Source: a virus (Duplodnaviria > Caudoviricetes). From it: a stretch of DNA of 56,414 nucleotides. Shown one piece after another: positions 39,196 to 48,657 of this stretch. The position numbers were made by a program, and so were the translations under genes. Position 1 is the first letter of the stretch. Each line of letters starts with the position of its first letter. The notes beneath the pieces were generated by a model, which searched no databases, was not told the origin of the DNA, and saw only the letters and a list, made by a program, of their open reading frames with translations. The stretch is taken from positions 1 to 56,414 of IMG/VR virus record IMGVR_UViG_3300005253_000563; one strand, 5' to 3'.

Positions 39196-41818
39196 GTGTG
39201 ACCGCTGTCCTGCGTTAGTTAAATGCCGCAAGAACATAGTGTCTGGGGCGGGTATTGACGACGCTGGAATAGCCTTTGTCGGTGAAGGGCCAGGCCAAGT
39301 AGAGAACGATAAGAACCGCCCGTTCGTGGGCAAGGCTGGACGAGTCTTGAAGACGATTGAGTGGGCTGCTGGTATCAACCAATTTAAAGCATATCACTGT
39401 AATGCTACGCGTTGTTGGGGCAAGCGTAACCCTAAGGCTGAGGAGATAGACGCCTGCCACGACTACCTCATTGAGGAGCTGAAGGAACTCAACCCGAAAG
39501 TAATCGTAGCTCTTGGGGGTGCGGCTCTCCGTAGCTTATACAAGCCAGGGACTACCGTAGGTTCGGTGATGGGGTTCACTCTATACAATGATGAACTTCC
39601 AGGTATACCGATAATTGGTACCTATCATCCTTCATACATAATGAGAGGACACTGGGGTGAAGTGGCTCTGGTACTCTCCCACTTCCGCAAGGCTAAGCGC
39701 ATTGCTGAGTCTGACGAGTGGAAGGAAGAGTTGGGCTCCTATCTTGGGATCACCACCCTTGAGGAGTTACGTGCTTTGAGGGACTACCTGCTGGGGCCAG
39801 AGGTTGATTTGTTGGCCTTAGACACGGAGACTTGCGGACTCTCATGGATGGATGATGAGCTTCTTTGTGTTTCCCTGTCAGGGGAGCGAGGTACGGGCTA
39901 CAGTGTGCCCATCCTCCATCGAGGTGAGCGGACGGTGACGACAGCGAAGGGAAAGAGCAAGAAGGAGTGGTGGCCTGTCCCCTACTGGAAATTGGATAAG
40001 GAGATGCCTGAAGTCCTCACCATTCTTGGTGAAATTCTTAGTTCAGATGTACCAAAAGCAGGGCAGAATATAGGATTTGATCTCCGAATGTTGGAGCGTC
40101 GCTCTGATGAGCAGGTCGTAACAGCTAAGACTGCATTCGGTTTCGAGGTCAATAATATGGTGCATGACACGAAAATGCTGAGTTCGTTAGTATCTGAGGT
40201 GAGCCCTGCTAACCTCACGGCCCTATGTGCCTACTGGACTGACCTGCCTTTTTACGAAGAGGAAGTCAAAGATTTTAAGTCAAAAATGTGGCACGTCCCT
40301 GATGAAACACTCTGGATATATGGCGCGGCGGATGTAGACGTTGTGCAGGAGCTTGTACCTGTCCTTCATCCTAAGGTACAAGAAGAGAATGCGGATTGGG
40401 TTTACGAGAATATCTCTATTCCCCTCATCCGCTGTGCTACGAAGATGGAAGAGCGAGGAGTCTACATCGACCGAGAATACTTCGACCGGCTCTGTCTCTA
40501 CTACAGAGACCGTCTAGTGGAGCAGAAAGCAGAACTAACAGAGGCGCTTGGTCGAGAGGTGGAGAAGCCCTCCTACTACAAAACAGTGCAGAAGGTTCTA
40601 TTTGAGGACTTAGGCCTGCCTTTAACGAGTAAGCCAGCCAAGGGAGCACTCAAGGACTGTGAGGCTTGTAAGAAGACTTGGAGCCCTTGCTCTCCGAAGC
40701 ACGCCTCTACTAGTGCTGCTGACTTAGAGGAGTTGAACGAACGCTCTCCTCATCCAGTACTGCCTCTCTTCATCGACATCCGTCATACTGAAAAATTCAG
40801 CAGCACCTACATGGACGGCGGTGAAGGTGGGGGGATGAAGGCTTACATCCGAGAGGATGGGCGTATCCATCCTAGCTGGAACGCAGCACGGGCAGCCTCA
40901 GGGCGCTTCACTTGCACCGACCCGAGCCTCATGACCATGCCTAAGGAGGTAGTCATTGATAGTGATAAGTACGACATCCACTCTAAAGACGCTATTCGTT
41001 CTATGCTCATTGCTCCTCCTGGCTATGGCCTGTTTAATGCGGACTGGAGTCAGGCGGAAGTTTTTGTCATGGCTTATGAGAGTGGAGACGAAACTCTTCT
41101 CAACCTTCTCTTAGAGGGGGTTGATGTGCATGCCTATGTAGCTCGTGAGCTTTGTAAGCTAGGGGCCTCCAGTAAGTTCCCTCGCGAGGCTGTAGACGAA
41201 ACTCTTTCTCTTGTGGACTGGCAGGAGGCACATCCCGATCTTAGAGGACGAGGTAAACCATTCGTTTTTGGTATGAACTACGGTCTGACTATAGAAGGCG
41301 CGGCGGAGAGGCTAAATTGTTCTAAGGAAGAAGCGGCTCCTCTCTTGACTCACTACACTGGCCATATCTTCCCTAAGATGGCCCCGTATCAGTTACGTAT
41401 TCGAGAAGACATGTTCGAGTACGGATCGACAAGCAACAAGTTTGGGCGTAGGGGACACTACCCCGAAGTGCCTATCCTTGCTGCGCTCAAATTCAAGGGA
41501 GACTTGGAGGGGGTCATTCGCCAAGGGTACAACCGACCTATCCAGAGTGGGGCTCACGACCTCCACAGCTTAGCCCACATCGCTACCGAAAGGGAATTGT
41601 CGAGCTTCGTTTTTCCCTGCCTCGAAATGCACGACAGCCTCATGGGCTACTACCCAGAGGGCAGGCAGGAGGAAGCGAAAAATGCTATACTTAACCTCTG
41701 GGGCGACGTGGCACGTAACACTGTCCTATCCTCAGGGGAGAAACTAGGCTGGAAAATCCCTGTTGATGTGCAAACGGGGCACAGTTTTGGGGAGCTAGAG
41801 GTGAAAGAAGATGGCTAA
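39179..41818 (+). CDS. polA: Family A DNA polymerase with N-terminal family-4 uracil-DNA glycosylase domain
   Basis: UDG: CxxC...C, GEGPG, PFVG.AG, YHPS; exo DTET, NIGFD, Y...D; pol DWSQAE, K...FG.NYG, MHDS; GTG 39179 after GAGGA. Confidence 0.93.
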   Translation: MNRVRECDRCPALVKCRKNIVSGAGIDDAGIAFVGEGPGQVENDKNRPFVGKAGRVLKTIEWAAGINQFKAYHCNATRCWGKRNPKAEEIDACHDYLIEELKELNPKVIVALGGAALRSLYKPGTTVGSVMGFTLYNDELPGIPIIGTYHPSYIMRGHWGEVALVLSHFRKAKRIAESDEWKEELGSYLGITTLEELRALRDYLLGPEVDLLALDTETCGLSWMDDELLCVSLSGERGTGYSVPILHRGERTVTTAKGKSKKEWWPVPYWKLDKEMPEVLTILGEILSSDVPKAGQNIGFDLRMLERRSDEQVVTAKTAFGFEVNNMVHDTKMLSSLVSEVSPANLTALCAYWTDLPFYEEEVKDFKSKMWHVPDETLWIYGAADVDVVQELVPVLHPKVQEENADWVYENISIPLIRCATKMEERGVYIDREYFDRLCLYYRDRLVEQKAELTEALGREVEKPSYYKTVQKVLFEDLGLPLTSKPAKGALKDCEACKKTWSPCSPKHASTSAADLEELNERSPHPVLPLFIDIRHTEKFSSTYMDGGEGGGMKAYIREDGRIHPSWNAARAASGRFTCTDPSLMTMPKEVVIDSDKYDIHSKDAIRSMLIAPPGYGLFNADWSQAEVFVMAYESGDETLLNLLLEGVDVHAYVARELCKLGASSKFPREAVDETLSLVDWQEAHPDLRGRGKPFVFGMNYGLTIEGAAERLNCSKEEAAPLLTHYTGHIFPKMAPYQLRIREDMFEYGSTSNKFGRRGHYPEVPILAALKFKGDLEGVIRQGYNRPIQSGAHDLHSLAHIATERELSSFVFPCLEMHDSLMGYYPEGRQEEAKNAILNLWGDVARNTVLSSGEKLGWKIPVDVQTGHSFGELEVKEDG

Positions 41819-42401
41819 TAAGGTTTATATGCCACCATCGAAGTCTGTCGAGTATCCGACCCCCGACGATCTATTTGATCAATTGAATGGGGAGTTCGGT
41901 CCCTTCACCCTTGACCCTTGTTGTCGTCCTGCCCACTACACGGCTAAGCGAGTGCTTGATGCTGGGGGTACAATTTATATTCCCCCCGATGTATCGGGTG
42001 AGTGGAAAGACGCCTATGAAGATGTTAAGGTAGACGGGTTAGCTCAAGACTGGCATGGACGTGTGTTTATGAACCCGCCTTATGGTCGCGAAATTGTGAA
42101 ATGGATAGAAAAAGCGGTTGAAGAGGTTTATGTTGAAGAACGAGTTGAAATTGTGGTAGCTCTATTGCCGGTGAGAACGGATACTGCTTGGTGGCAAGGT
42201 TATATCAATCGGGGTAACTCTATGGCTCCGCAACTAGGGCAGAAACTTCTAAATATACACCTTGCTAATCGTAACATCAAACTACCCTATGCGACGGCTT
42301 CTGGCGTCAGGTATCTGCCTGGCCGCCTAAAGTTTGGTGGGGAGAAGAATTCTGCGCAATTCGCAAGTGCTGTGGTGGTATGGAGCCGATATGATGACTA
42401 A
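41811..42401 (+). CDS. Phage N6-adenine DNA methyltransferase
   Basis: TP..LF, FTLDPC, DGL.QDW, FMNPPYG, RTDT.WW, GRLKF. Confidence 0.9.
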   Translation: MANKVYMPPSKSVEYPTPDDLFDQLNGEFGPFTLDPCCRPAHYTAKRVLDAGGTIYIPPDVSGEWKDAYEDVKVDGLAQDWHGRVFMNPPYGREIVKWIEKAVEEVYVEERVEIVVALLPVRTDTAWWQGYINRGNSMAPQLGQKLLNIHLANRNIKLPYATASGVRYLPGRLKFGGEKNSAQFASAVVVWSRYDD

Positions 42402-42969
42402 GGGCAGCCAGCTCGTGGCCCGTGGCGATGACGGGCTCATGGATGACCAGCGTAGATACATTCAGAAGTATGCTGAGACTGGTTCTGAAGCCCAAGCACA
42501 GGAGAACTTAGACTTCCCCCGTAGGAGGGTACGAAACTGGCATAATAACGACCAAGCCTTTCGTACCGCGTTTAATACGGTAGTGGAGGGTATTCACGAG
42601 GGGGTAGTTCAACGTCTCAAGGTAGTGGAGGAGAAACTACCTGACGCTATTGAGGAGTTGCTATCGGCCACGAAATCTGTTAGAGTGGAGTGTCCGAAGT
42701 GTAAGTTGAAGTTCTCTGTGGATATAGATAATACTGCAATACAAGCCAAAATGGTGGATATGCTGATGAAGTCGCAGGGGCATCTCAAGGAAGTGACTCG
42801 TCATGAGGTTGGGGTGGATGAGGAGGTGCTATCTAGCGCCCTAAGAATGGCTCTATCCATGGTGCAAAAGGGCGCACAGATTGGAGTGGATAGTGCGCAA
42901 GAACTTATTCGTAGAGGGAAAATTGAAGAGACTTCAGTTGAAGGGGAATATCGAATACTTGAGGAATAA
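42391..42969 (+). CDS. HTH protein, candidate terminase small subunit
   Basis: N-terminal HTH (YAETG...RRRVRNW...D.AF), helical middle, CPKC, C-terminal VEGEYRILE. Confidence 0.5.
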   Translation: MMTKGSQLVARGDDGLMDDQRRYIQKYAETGSEAQAQENLDFPRRRVRNWHNNDQAFRTAFNTVVEGIHEGVVQRLKVVEEKLPDAIEELLSATKSVRVECPKCKLKFSVDIDNTAIQAKMVDMLMKSQGHLKEVTRHEVGVDEEVLSSALRMALSMVQKGAQIGVDSAQELIRRGKIEETSVEGEYRILEE

Positions 42970-42983
42970 GGAGGAGAAAGATC

Positions 42984-43469
42984 ATGTGGCCGTGTAAGAA
43001 GAAGGAAGAATCTAATCAAATAGCGGACCGAGTTGTCCATGATGCTATGTCTCTTGGTATAGCTATTGACGATCCACCCATAGAACCCCCCGAGTACATC
43101 TGCGACAAATGCTACGGGACATTTCAAGAGAAGGGTATAACGATGGTACCCATAGTAGCCCTATGCTTTACCCCTGGTACAACGGCTAAATTCTCGGTAC
43201 TAGTCGAAGATGAGTATTATTGCACTGCCTGTGCTCCTGGGTCCGAGTTTATACTCAAGTTGGCAGACAAGGATGGTGACCTAGAGACGAGAGGCTTCAT
43301 CATCTCTGAAGGTTGGTTACAAGACAGAGACATCGAAACACGGAAGAATAGGTATGTTATGGACGAAGAACTGTACATGCGTATGCACTGTGATTTCTGT
43401 GGCCTTCCAGTAGAAGTCAAGGGAGACAATTGCGGGGATTGCACGAAGAGGGAGAAGAAAGACAAGTAG
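42984..43469 (+). CDS. Cys-rich hypothetical protein
   Basis: Four CxxC pairs, AAGGAGG RBS. Confidence 0.65.
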   Translation: MWPCKKKEESNQIADRVVHDAMSLGIAIDDPPIEPPEYICDKCYGTFQEKGITMVPIVALCFTPGTTAKFSVLVEDEYYCTACAPGSEFILKLADKDGDLETRGFIISEGWLQDRDIETRKNRYVMDEELYMRMHCDFCGLPVEVKGDNCGDCTKREKKDK

Positions 43470-43938
43470 ATGGCAACAGACGAAGAATTCCGAGAACTTG
43501 CCGAAGAGCAATACATAGCAGCGGACGGTATTACTTTTGATCCAAAATCAGCCGTATTGCATGAGGATGTAGGTAAGAGTGGTGACTGTTATGGGGCATA
43601 CGTTCAAGCATGGGTGTGGGTAGAAGTACCCTGGTCTAAGGAGGATTAACATGAGCTTTGGACCAATGCCACGATTGCCGTGCAACTGTGATGATTATTG
43701 CCAGAGGAGGATTAGATGGATAGAGTTACACTTCTACGTGCGGGGGATGTGGTCGAAATTAGGAATAGTATGCCTGCGGAAAATAGACCAAACATAGAGG
43801 GGTATCTAGATTCAGCTTGGCGGGCTGGTTTTAAGCATGCTTGTAGTGAAGCAGGGATTCCAGTTCCTGAATGGGCCGCATCGCATCCTAGAGAAAGAGA
43901 GCCCGAATGGAAGAAGGTTGCGAATATGGAGAAGTATC

Positions 43939-44175
43939 GTGGCTAAATTCGTACCAGTCGTGTCGCAAGCAATGACGGCGGTGAAGTATGATAGGGAGAA
44001 CTCCCTTCTGGTGGTTCAGTTTGGGGAGGATAGCTTCTATGAGTACGCTGAGGTAGGGCCAGAGACGGTGGTGGACTTCATGTTTGCCGATTCTCAGGGT
44101 TCTGCCTTCTCGGACTTGGTTAAGAAGGGGGGGTTTGACTTCAAGCCTATTCCAGCGAGTGAGGCACTTGTTTAA
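43939..44175 (+). CDS. KTSC domain protein
   Basis: V.S.....V.YD.....L.VQF....YEY..V.......A.S.G..F; GTG start 43939. Confidence 0.85.
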   Translation: MAKFVPVVSQAMTAVKYDRENSLLVVQFGEDSFYEYAEVGPETVVDFMFADSQGSAFSDLVKKGGFDFKPIPASEALV

Positions 44176-44186
44176 GAGAGGTACAA

Positions 44187-44471
44187 ATGACATGGGAGAC
44201 GGACAAAGAGTGGCCAACAGTAGGAGTACGGCTAAACTGGGCAAGAAAGAACTATAAAAAGAAAGACTTTGAATGGCTACTAAAGAAGTTCCTGGTGACG
44301 ACAACGAACCTGATAGCAATGAGCGACTTGATCGAGGAGCTGAGCGGGGAAGCCTTGCTGACGGAGAAGTTGAAGAAGGAATGGAAGGGGTTATTCCAGG
44401 CGTACCATCCAACAAGACCACAAGGGAGACCACAGAACGGAGGCTCGGGGGGGAGTATCCCTACAGAATAG
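44187..44471 (+). CDS. Hypothetical protein
   Basis: 94 aa, GAGG RBS. Confidence 0.6.
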   Translation: MTWETDKEWPTVGVRLNWARKNYKKKDFEWLLKKFLVTTTNLIAMSDLIEELSGEALLTEKLKKEWKGLFQAYHPTRPQGRPQNGGSGGSIPTE

Positions 44472-45658
44472 TAGAGGACTCTGACGATCTTATTGCTCTG
44501 GCTGAATGGCTTCAGGTCTTAGGAGGTCAGATCGATAAGATTCCTCTAGGTATTGCTGCTACTGACCAGGAGCTGGCCTTTGCGACCAAGGAGCAAGGAT
44601 GGCTTGTCCCTACTGGTAGTTGGCCTACTCACTCCCCTCTTCTCCATGGGGTTTTAAGTCAGGCCCTTCTAACAGAGCGAATATCCCCCCTACTAATTAC
44701 TCGTGATACAGGGGCTCTTGTGATGGGATTAAATCGGTGGTTAGGTGAAGCCTACGATCCGGGGAAACTACTGCCTAACGTCGTGGATGATATGACGGTA
44801 TTATCCTATGCTACAGGACACGACATTGCCCACGACCTGTCGCCCCTCAAGGATGCTCTAGATTGTGTTGTCGTGGGGCCGGGGATGATGATAGACACTC
44901 CTAATTTCTACCGTCAGGTAGGGATGCCTTTGGCTAGGTTTAATTCTAAGAGGTTCAGATTGGAAACACCTGGGATCGACTCGGAGACGGGGGATATTGT
45001 AGGGGAAAATCTGGCTCGCTGGACTCTCACCTATGATTGGTTGATCTTCAAGGTACTAGCCCACTACACCCAAGACCCTACACTCATCCGTTGGTTGCAG
45101 GATGGGGATAACCCACTAGAGAAGTTTGGAGAAGTGTTGGATGTGGGACAGAAGGAAGCTACAGCCTTTCTTCTATGGCTGATCTGTGGCCAAGAAGAAG
45201 GGATAGTGAGCAGGCTTTATCCTGACTGGTCCTCCCATCTACCTGATGCCCCTCAGCTCCTGACAGCTACACATATCGACAAACACATGTCGGCACTCAA
45301 ATTAGGTCTTATTCGTTTAGTAGACCAACACGCCACTGCCCGTAGGGTGAGGACGCTATACGGGCGCTACTCCCCTTGGGGCTGGGGCCTAGCGGCATCT
45401 GAGCGATTACATTTCGTTATTATGGGGTCGGTGGATGACCTGTTGGATGTAACTGTGGCCTCTCTTGCCGATCTAGGGAGTGAGGTTCATTGGTTAGAGC
45501 CAGAAGGTAGCACACGCTACAACCGTTGGCTCAGAGCGAAGGTGGTAGGTTATACGAAGGAGGAATCAATGGATTGGCAGCGCACATTGGAGGAGTTGGG
45601 GACACTCAATGGCCCCTTGAATATGGTACCGTTGAGGCCGATTGTGAGTGTTGAATAG
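44273..45658 (+). CDS. Degenerate family A polymerase-like protein (start uncertain)
   Basis: KVLAHYTQDPTLI..LQDGDNP and RVRTLYGR resemble PolA segments; catalytic motifs not recognisable. Confidence 0.65.
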   Translation: MATKEVPGDDNEPDSNERLDRGAERGSLADGEVEEGMEGVIPGVPSNKTTRETTERRLGGEYPYRIVEDSDDLIALAEWLQVLGGQIDKIPLGIAATDQELAFATKEQGWLVPTGSWPTHSPLLHGVLSQALLTERISPLLITRDTGALVMGLNRWLGEAYDPGKLLPNVVDDMTVLSYATGHDIAHDLSPLKDALDCVVVGPGMMIDTPNFYRQVGMPLARFNSKRFRLETPGIDSETGDIVGENLARWTLTYDWLIFKVLAHYTQDPTLIRWLQDGDNPLEKFGEVLDVGQKEATAFLLWLICGQEEGIVSRLYPDWSSHLPDAPQLLTATHIDKHMSALKLGLIRLVDQHATARRVRTLYGRYSPWGWGLAASERLHFVIMGSVDDLLDVTVASLADLGSEVHWLEPEGSTRYNRWLRAKVVGYTKEESMDWQRTLEELGTLNGPLNMVPLRPIVSVE

Positions 45659-46025
45659 TGGAGTGGCAAATAGGCCGCTGGTTCCTTTCGGTAGGCACGA
45701 AAAACTACGACAACGCCGTGACGCTCGGTGGCACTATGGGGCTTTTACATATCCACTTTGGCCACTTTCAGTTTCTTGTCATGTGGAACGGAGGAAAGCT
45801 CCGTTGGCCGCGTTTCTACGACTGGTGCATCTTTCGGCATGTGCTTGGCCCTGAAAACAAACGTTGGACCGATCATGCCATGGGCGTTCAGTTCTGGCCG
45901 GTCGCAGTTGGTATCTACTGGCATACGACCTGCTATGAGTGTGTAGCGGAGTATAGTCGAGACATGGACGCACACTATTCACGGCTACAGGCTAAGCCTA
46001 ATACTTCTAAAAAGGAAGTAGAGTG

Positions 46026-46148
46026 ATGCCACGTCTACGTATTTTCTTTGCTTGGTACGACTTTTGGGTAGGAGTTTATTGGGATCGTAAGACACACTCT
46101 TTATATCTCTGTCCCTTACCAATGTTGGTGTTATGCTTACAGTTTTGA
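46026..46148 (+). CDS. 40 aa aromatic-rich microprotein
   Basis: MPRLRIFFAWYDFWVGVYWDRKTHSLYICPLPMLVLCLQF; TGATG overlap. Confidence 0.6.
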   Translation: MPRLRIFFAWYDFWVGVYWDRKTHSLYLCPLPMLVLCLQF

Positions 46149-46167
46149 TAGTAAGGAGTTTGTAGCC

Positions 46168-46659
46168 ATCAGTTGCCATCCTTGTCACCCAGACGGTCCA
46201 CCAGCGCCAGGCGTCTCTGACGAACAAGTAGAGAAAAATTGGGCTACTTTCTTCAAAGAGAACGCCGTTGACCCAAGAGCGATCAAGAGGCATCATAAGT
46301 GGAAGCCCGGGCATGAGCCTGACTATGACGAGCCTGAAAGTGGCTGGCGAACTCTGAACATCAAGTGGGAAGGCGAGAAAGCGCCTCCTGACCAGCGCCA
46401 TCTCTTGAAAGGTGGGCCTGAGAGTGGCATTCCGTGTGAGCAATGTAACGAAATGACTCGAATTGTGGGCGAGATGGATCGCTGGAGTTACATGAACCAG
46501 CACGATCCGGCTCAAGGTATAGACGTAAGACCTGTCAACATTGATCAGATTAGTGAGGAGCGCAAGAAAGAATTGCGGGAGCAGAAGATTGTGATATTAG
46601 CCTGCCCCACTTGTAAAAAGAAGTATCAATGGTTAAGGGAAGCCCTTCCAAAGAATTAG
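46168..46659 (+). CDS. Zinc-ribbon hypothetical protein, probable ATC start
   Basis: Frame open from 46072; TAAGGAG RBS before ATC 46168; CHPC, CEQC, CPTC. Confidence 0.55.
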   Translation: MSCHPCHPDGPPAPGVSDEQVEKNWATFFKENAVDPRAIKRHHKWKPGHEPDYDEPESGWRTLNIKWEGEKAPPDQRHLLKGGPESGIPCEQCNEMTRIVGEMDRWSYMNQHDPAQGIDVRPVNIDQISEERKKELREQKIVILACPTCKKKYQWLREALPKN

Positions 46660-46660
46660 T

Positions 46661-47455
46661 ATGGATGAACTAACAGGAGGTAGTCTCTTCTCTGGTATAG
46701 GGGGTCTTGACCTTGGCCTAGAACGAGCAGGCATCAAGATTGTTTGGCAGTGCGAGATTAGTGACTTCTGTCGGCGTGTGCTGAAGAAGAACTGGCCTGA
46801 CGTTCCCTGCTATGAGGACATTAAGGAGATTGACCGTGACACTCCGAAAATCGACATTCTCTTCGGTGGGTTCCCCTGCCAACCAGTTTCGACAGCGGGT
46901 AGACGGAAAGCTGAGGAAGATTCGCGTTGGCTCTGGCCAGAATTTGCCCGCGTCATCGGTCTACTTCGACCGCGCTACGTCCTTGTGGAGAACGTCCCAG
47001 GACTCCTCACAAAGGGGATGGGATTCGTCCTCTCTGACCTTTCCTCGTTCGGGTACGATGCTGAATGGCATTGTATCCCCGCAGTCGCCTTTGGTGCGCC
47101 CCATCGACGTGAAAGGGTTATCTTGGTTGCCTACAATGACCGAGCATCCCGGCCCCAACAAGAACGCAAATGCCAAGTTATGGGGGCCAGCGAAGAGTTT
47201 GCAGGAGATGGCAAGGACGGGGTTATGGCCAACCCCAACAGCGAGAGATTACAAGGATACAGGCAAGAATACCAATTACGAGAAGTTGTCAAAGAAACGG
47301 CGATTAGTAGGGGTGGTTGGTGGGCAGTTGAACCCAATGTGGATCGAGTGGCTGATGGGGTTCCCTCTCGGGTGGACAGACTTAGAGGACTAGGTAATGC
47401 TGTAACGCCCCAGCAAGCAGAGTTTGTAGGAAGGTTAGTAGTTGCTCGTGGATAA
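46661..47455 (+). CDS. dcm: DNA cytosine-5 methyltransferase (large subunit)
   Basis: LFSGIGG, GGFPCQ, ENV, PHRRER, motif X LGNAV. Confidence 0.93.
   Translation: MDELTGGSLFSGIGGLDLGLERAGIKIVWQCEISDFCRRVLKKNWPDVPCYEDIKEIDRDTPKIDILFGGFPCQPVSTAGRRKAEEDSRWLWPEFARVIGLLRPRYVLVENVPGLLTKGMGFVLSDLSSFGYDAEWHCIPAVAFGAPHRRERVILVAYNDRASRPQQERKCQVMGASEEFAGDGKDGVMANPNSERLQGYRQEYQLREVVKETAISRGGWWAVEPNVDRVADGVPSRVDRLRGLGNAVTPQQAEFVGRLVVARG
47136..47393 (+). CDS. Overlapping-frame small subunit of the C5 methyltransferase (start uncertain)
   Basis: +1 frame: LWPTPTARDYK...LNPMWIEWLMGFPLGWT (motif IX-like). Confidence 0.7.
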   Translation: MTEHPGPNKNANAKLWGPAKSLQEMARTGLWPTPTARDYKDTGKNTNYEKLSKKRRLVGVVGGQLNPMWIEWLMGFPLGWTDLED

Positions 47456-48656
47456 ACTAAAGTCTCGCTTCGAGGAACTCTACCCCCCACACAGATGCGA
47501 TAAGTGCTCGCTTGAACATGCTGTTATCCCAACCATTATGGTAGAGATAAAGTTTGAGGATGATGTCGCACAGGTGCCCCTTATGCCCTGGGAGATCGTT
47601 GGTATTATGGGGGGAGCAGCACGTCCAGGACAAGACGAGCCTAATATGGATACGCCTGCCAACATACGCATACTATTCTGGGGGCCACCAGGAACCCAGG
47701 CTACCGCCCAACCTCGATTCTTATACATGAACTGATGGAAGGTAGGATGATAGACCCGAATAGTGTTGTAGTTCAGAATCTGCCTGAGGCAGAGGGCATT
47801 ATTGCTATCGGAACGGAACAGATAGAACTAACCTCAGCGAAATATGGAGTGTGGTTTCCTCGTACACGAATTATTCGTTCATATACACACTACCAACGAG
47901 CAGCGGTACGTCTAGCCCGTCGCTGGAGGATACCCGGTACAGTGCCAGGCATTCCGATAGCTGCATGGGCGACAATTGATCGCATATACGGGAGAATATA
48001 TGTGTTCGCTTGGTTTTGGCAGGTAAAAAGAAATTAGGTGGGTGCTATAATAAGAGTACGAGTGAAAGGCTCTCCTTACGCAGCAGTGAAAGAGGGAGCT
48101 GTAGGGGAGATAATTGAACGGAAGTTTGTTAACTCCCCCCATGAGGTACTGAAGGTACGTCTCAAGGGTGGGGCTATTTGGACGTTCTTCCCTGATGAGG
48201 TGACTGAGACTGGATTGGAGCGTATAGATGGCCGAAAAATGCGAGCATAAGACTCCTACATTCCGTTTGAAGATGCACACCCCTGCAACTTCGTGGCACC
48301 CTCACGAGGACAAGGTGATAGAGTCAAAGAAGGATACAGAGTGGGAAGCATGGGCTTGCATGGTGCGTGACTCCCTTGCAATTCTGGCCCACAATCAGCC
48401 CCAACTGATGGTTGGCTACTGGCTGGACGCATTGAACGCCTTACCTCCTGAATTGAGACGGACGCTTGCTATAGGTATTGCTCAAGGATTGGGCCTTCAG
48501 ATTAAGACAATAGAGGATGGTATCGAAGTAGGACTGGTACCCCGGTACCCGCCCCTAGTACCCGAGAAGAGTAAGTCAGGCCTCGTGACTCCTCAGGGTG
48601 GGGGTTCCAAACTAATACTTCCCAACGACCCGAGATTCGCAGAGAAGAGGAGCTAA
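47442..48656 (+). other. Four hypothetical genes (47442-47735, 47735-48037, 48038-48250, 48228-48656)
   Basis: Contiguous coupled ORFs. Confidence 0.6.
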
Positions 48657-48657
48657 C

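Noticed and set aside
46812-47135. 5' part of the 193 aa overlapping ORF in the methyltransferase
   Set aside because: No recognisable motif; only the distal part looks like a real subunit, though the true start is unresolved
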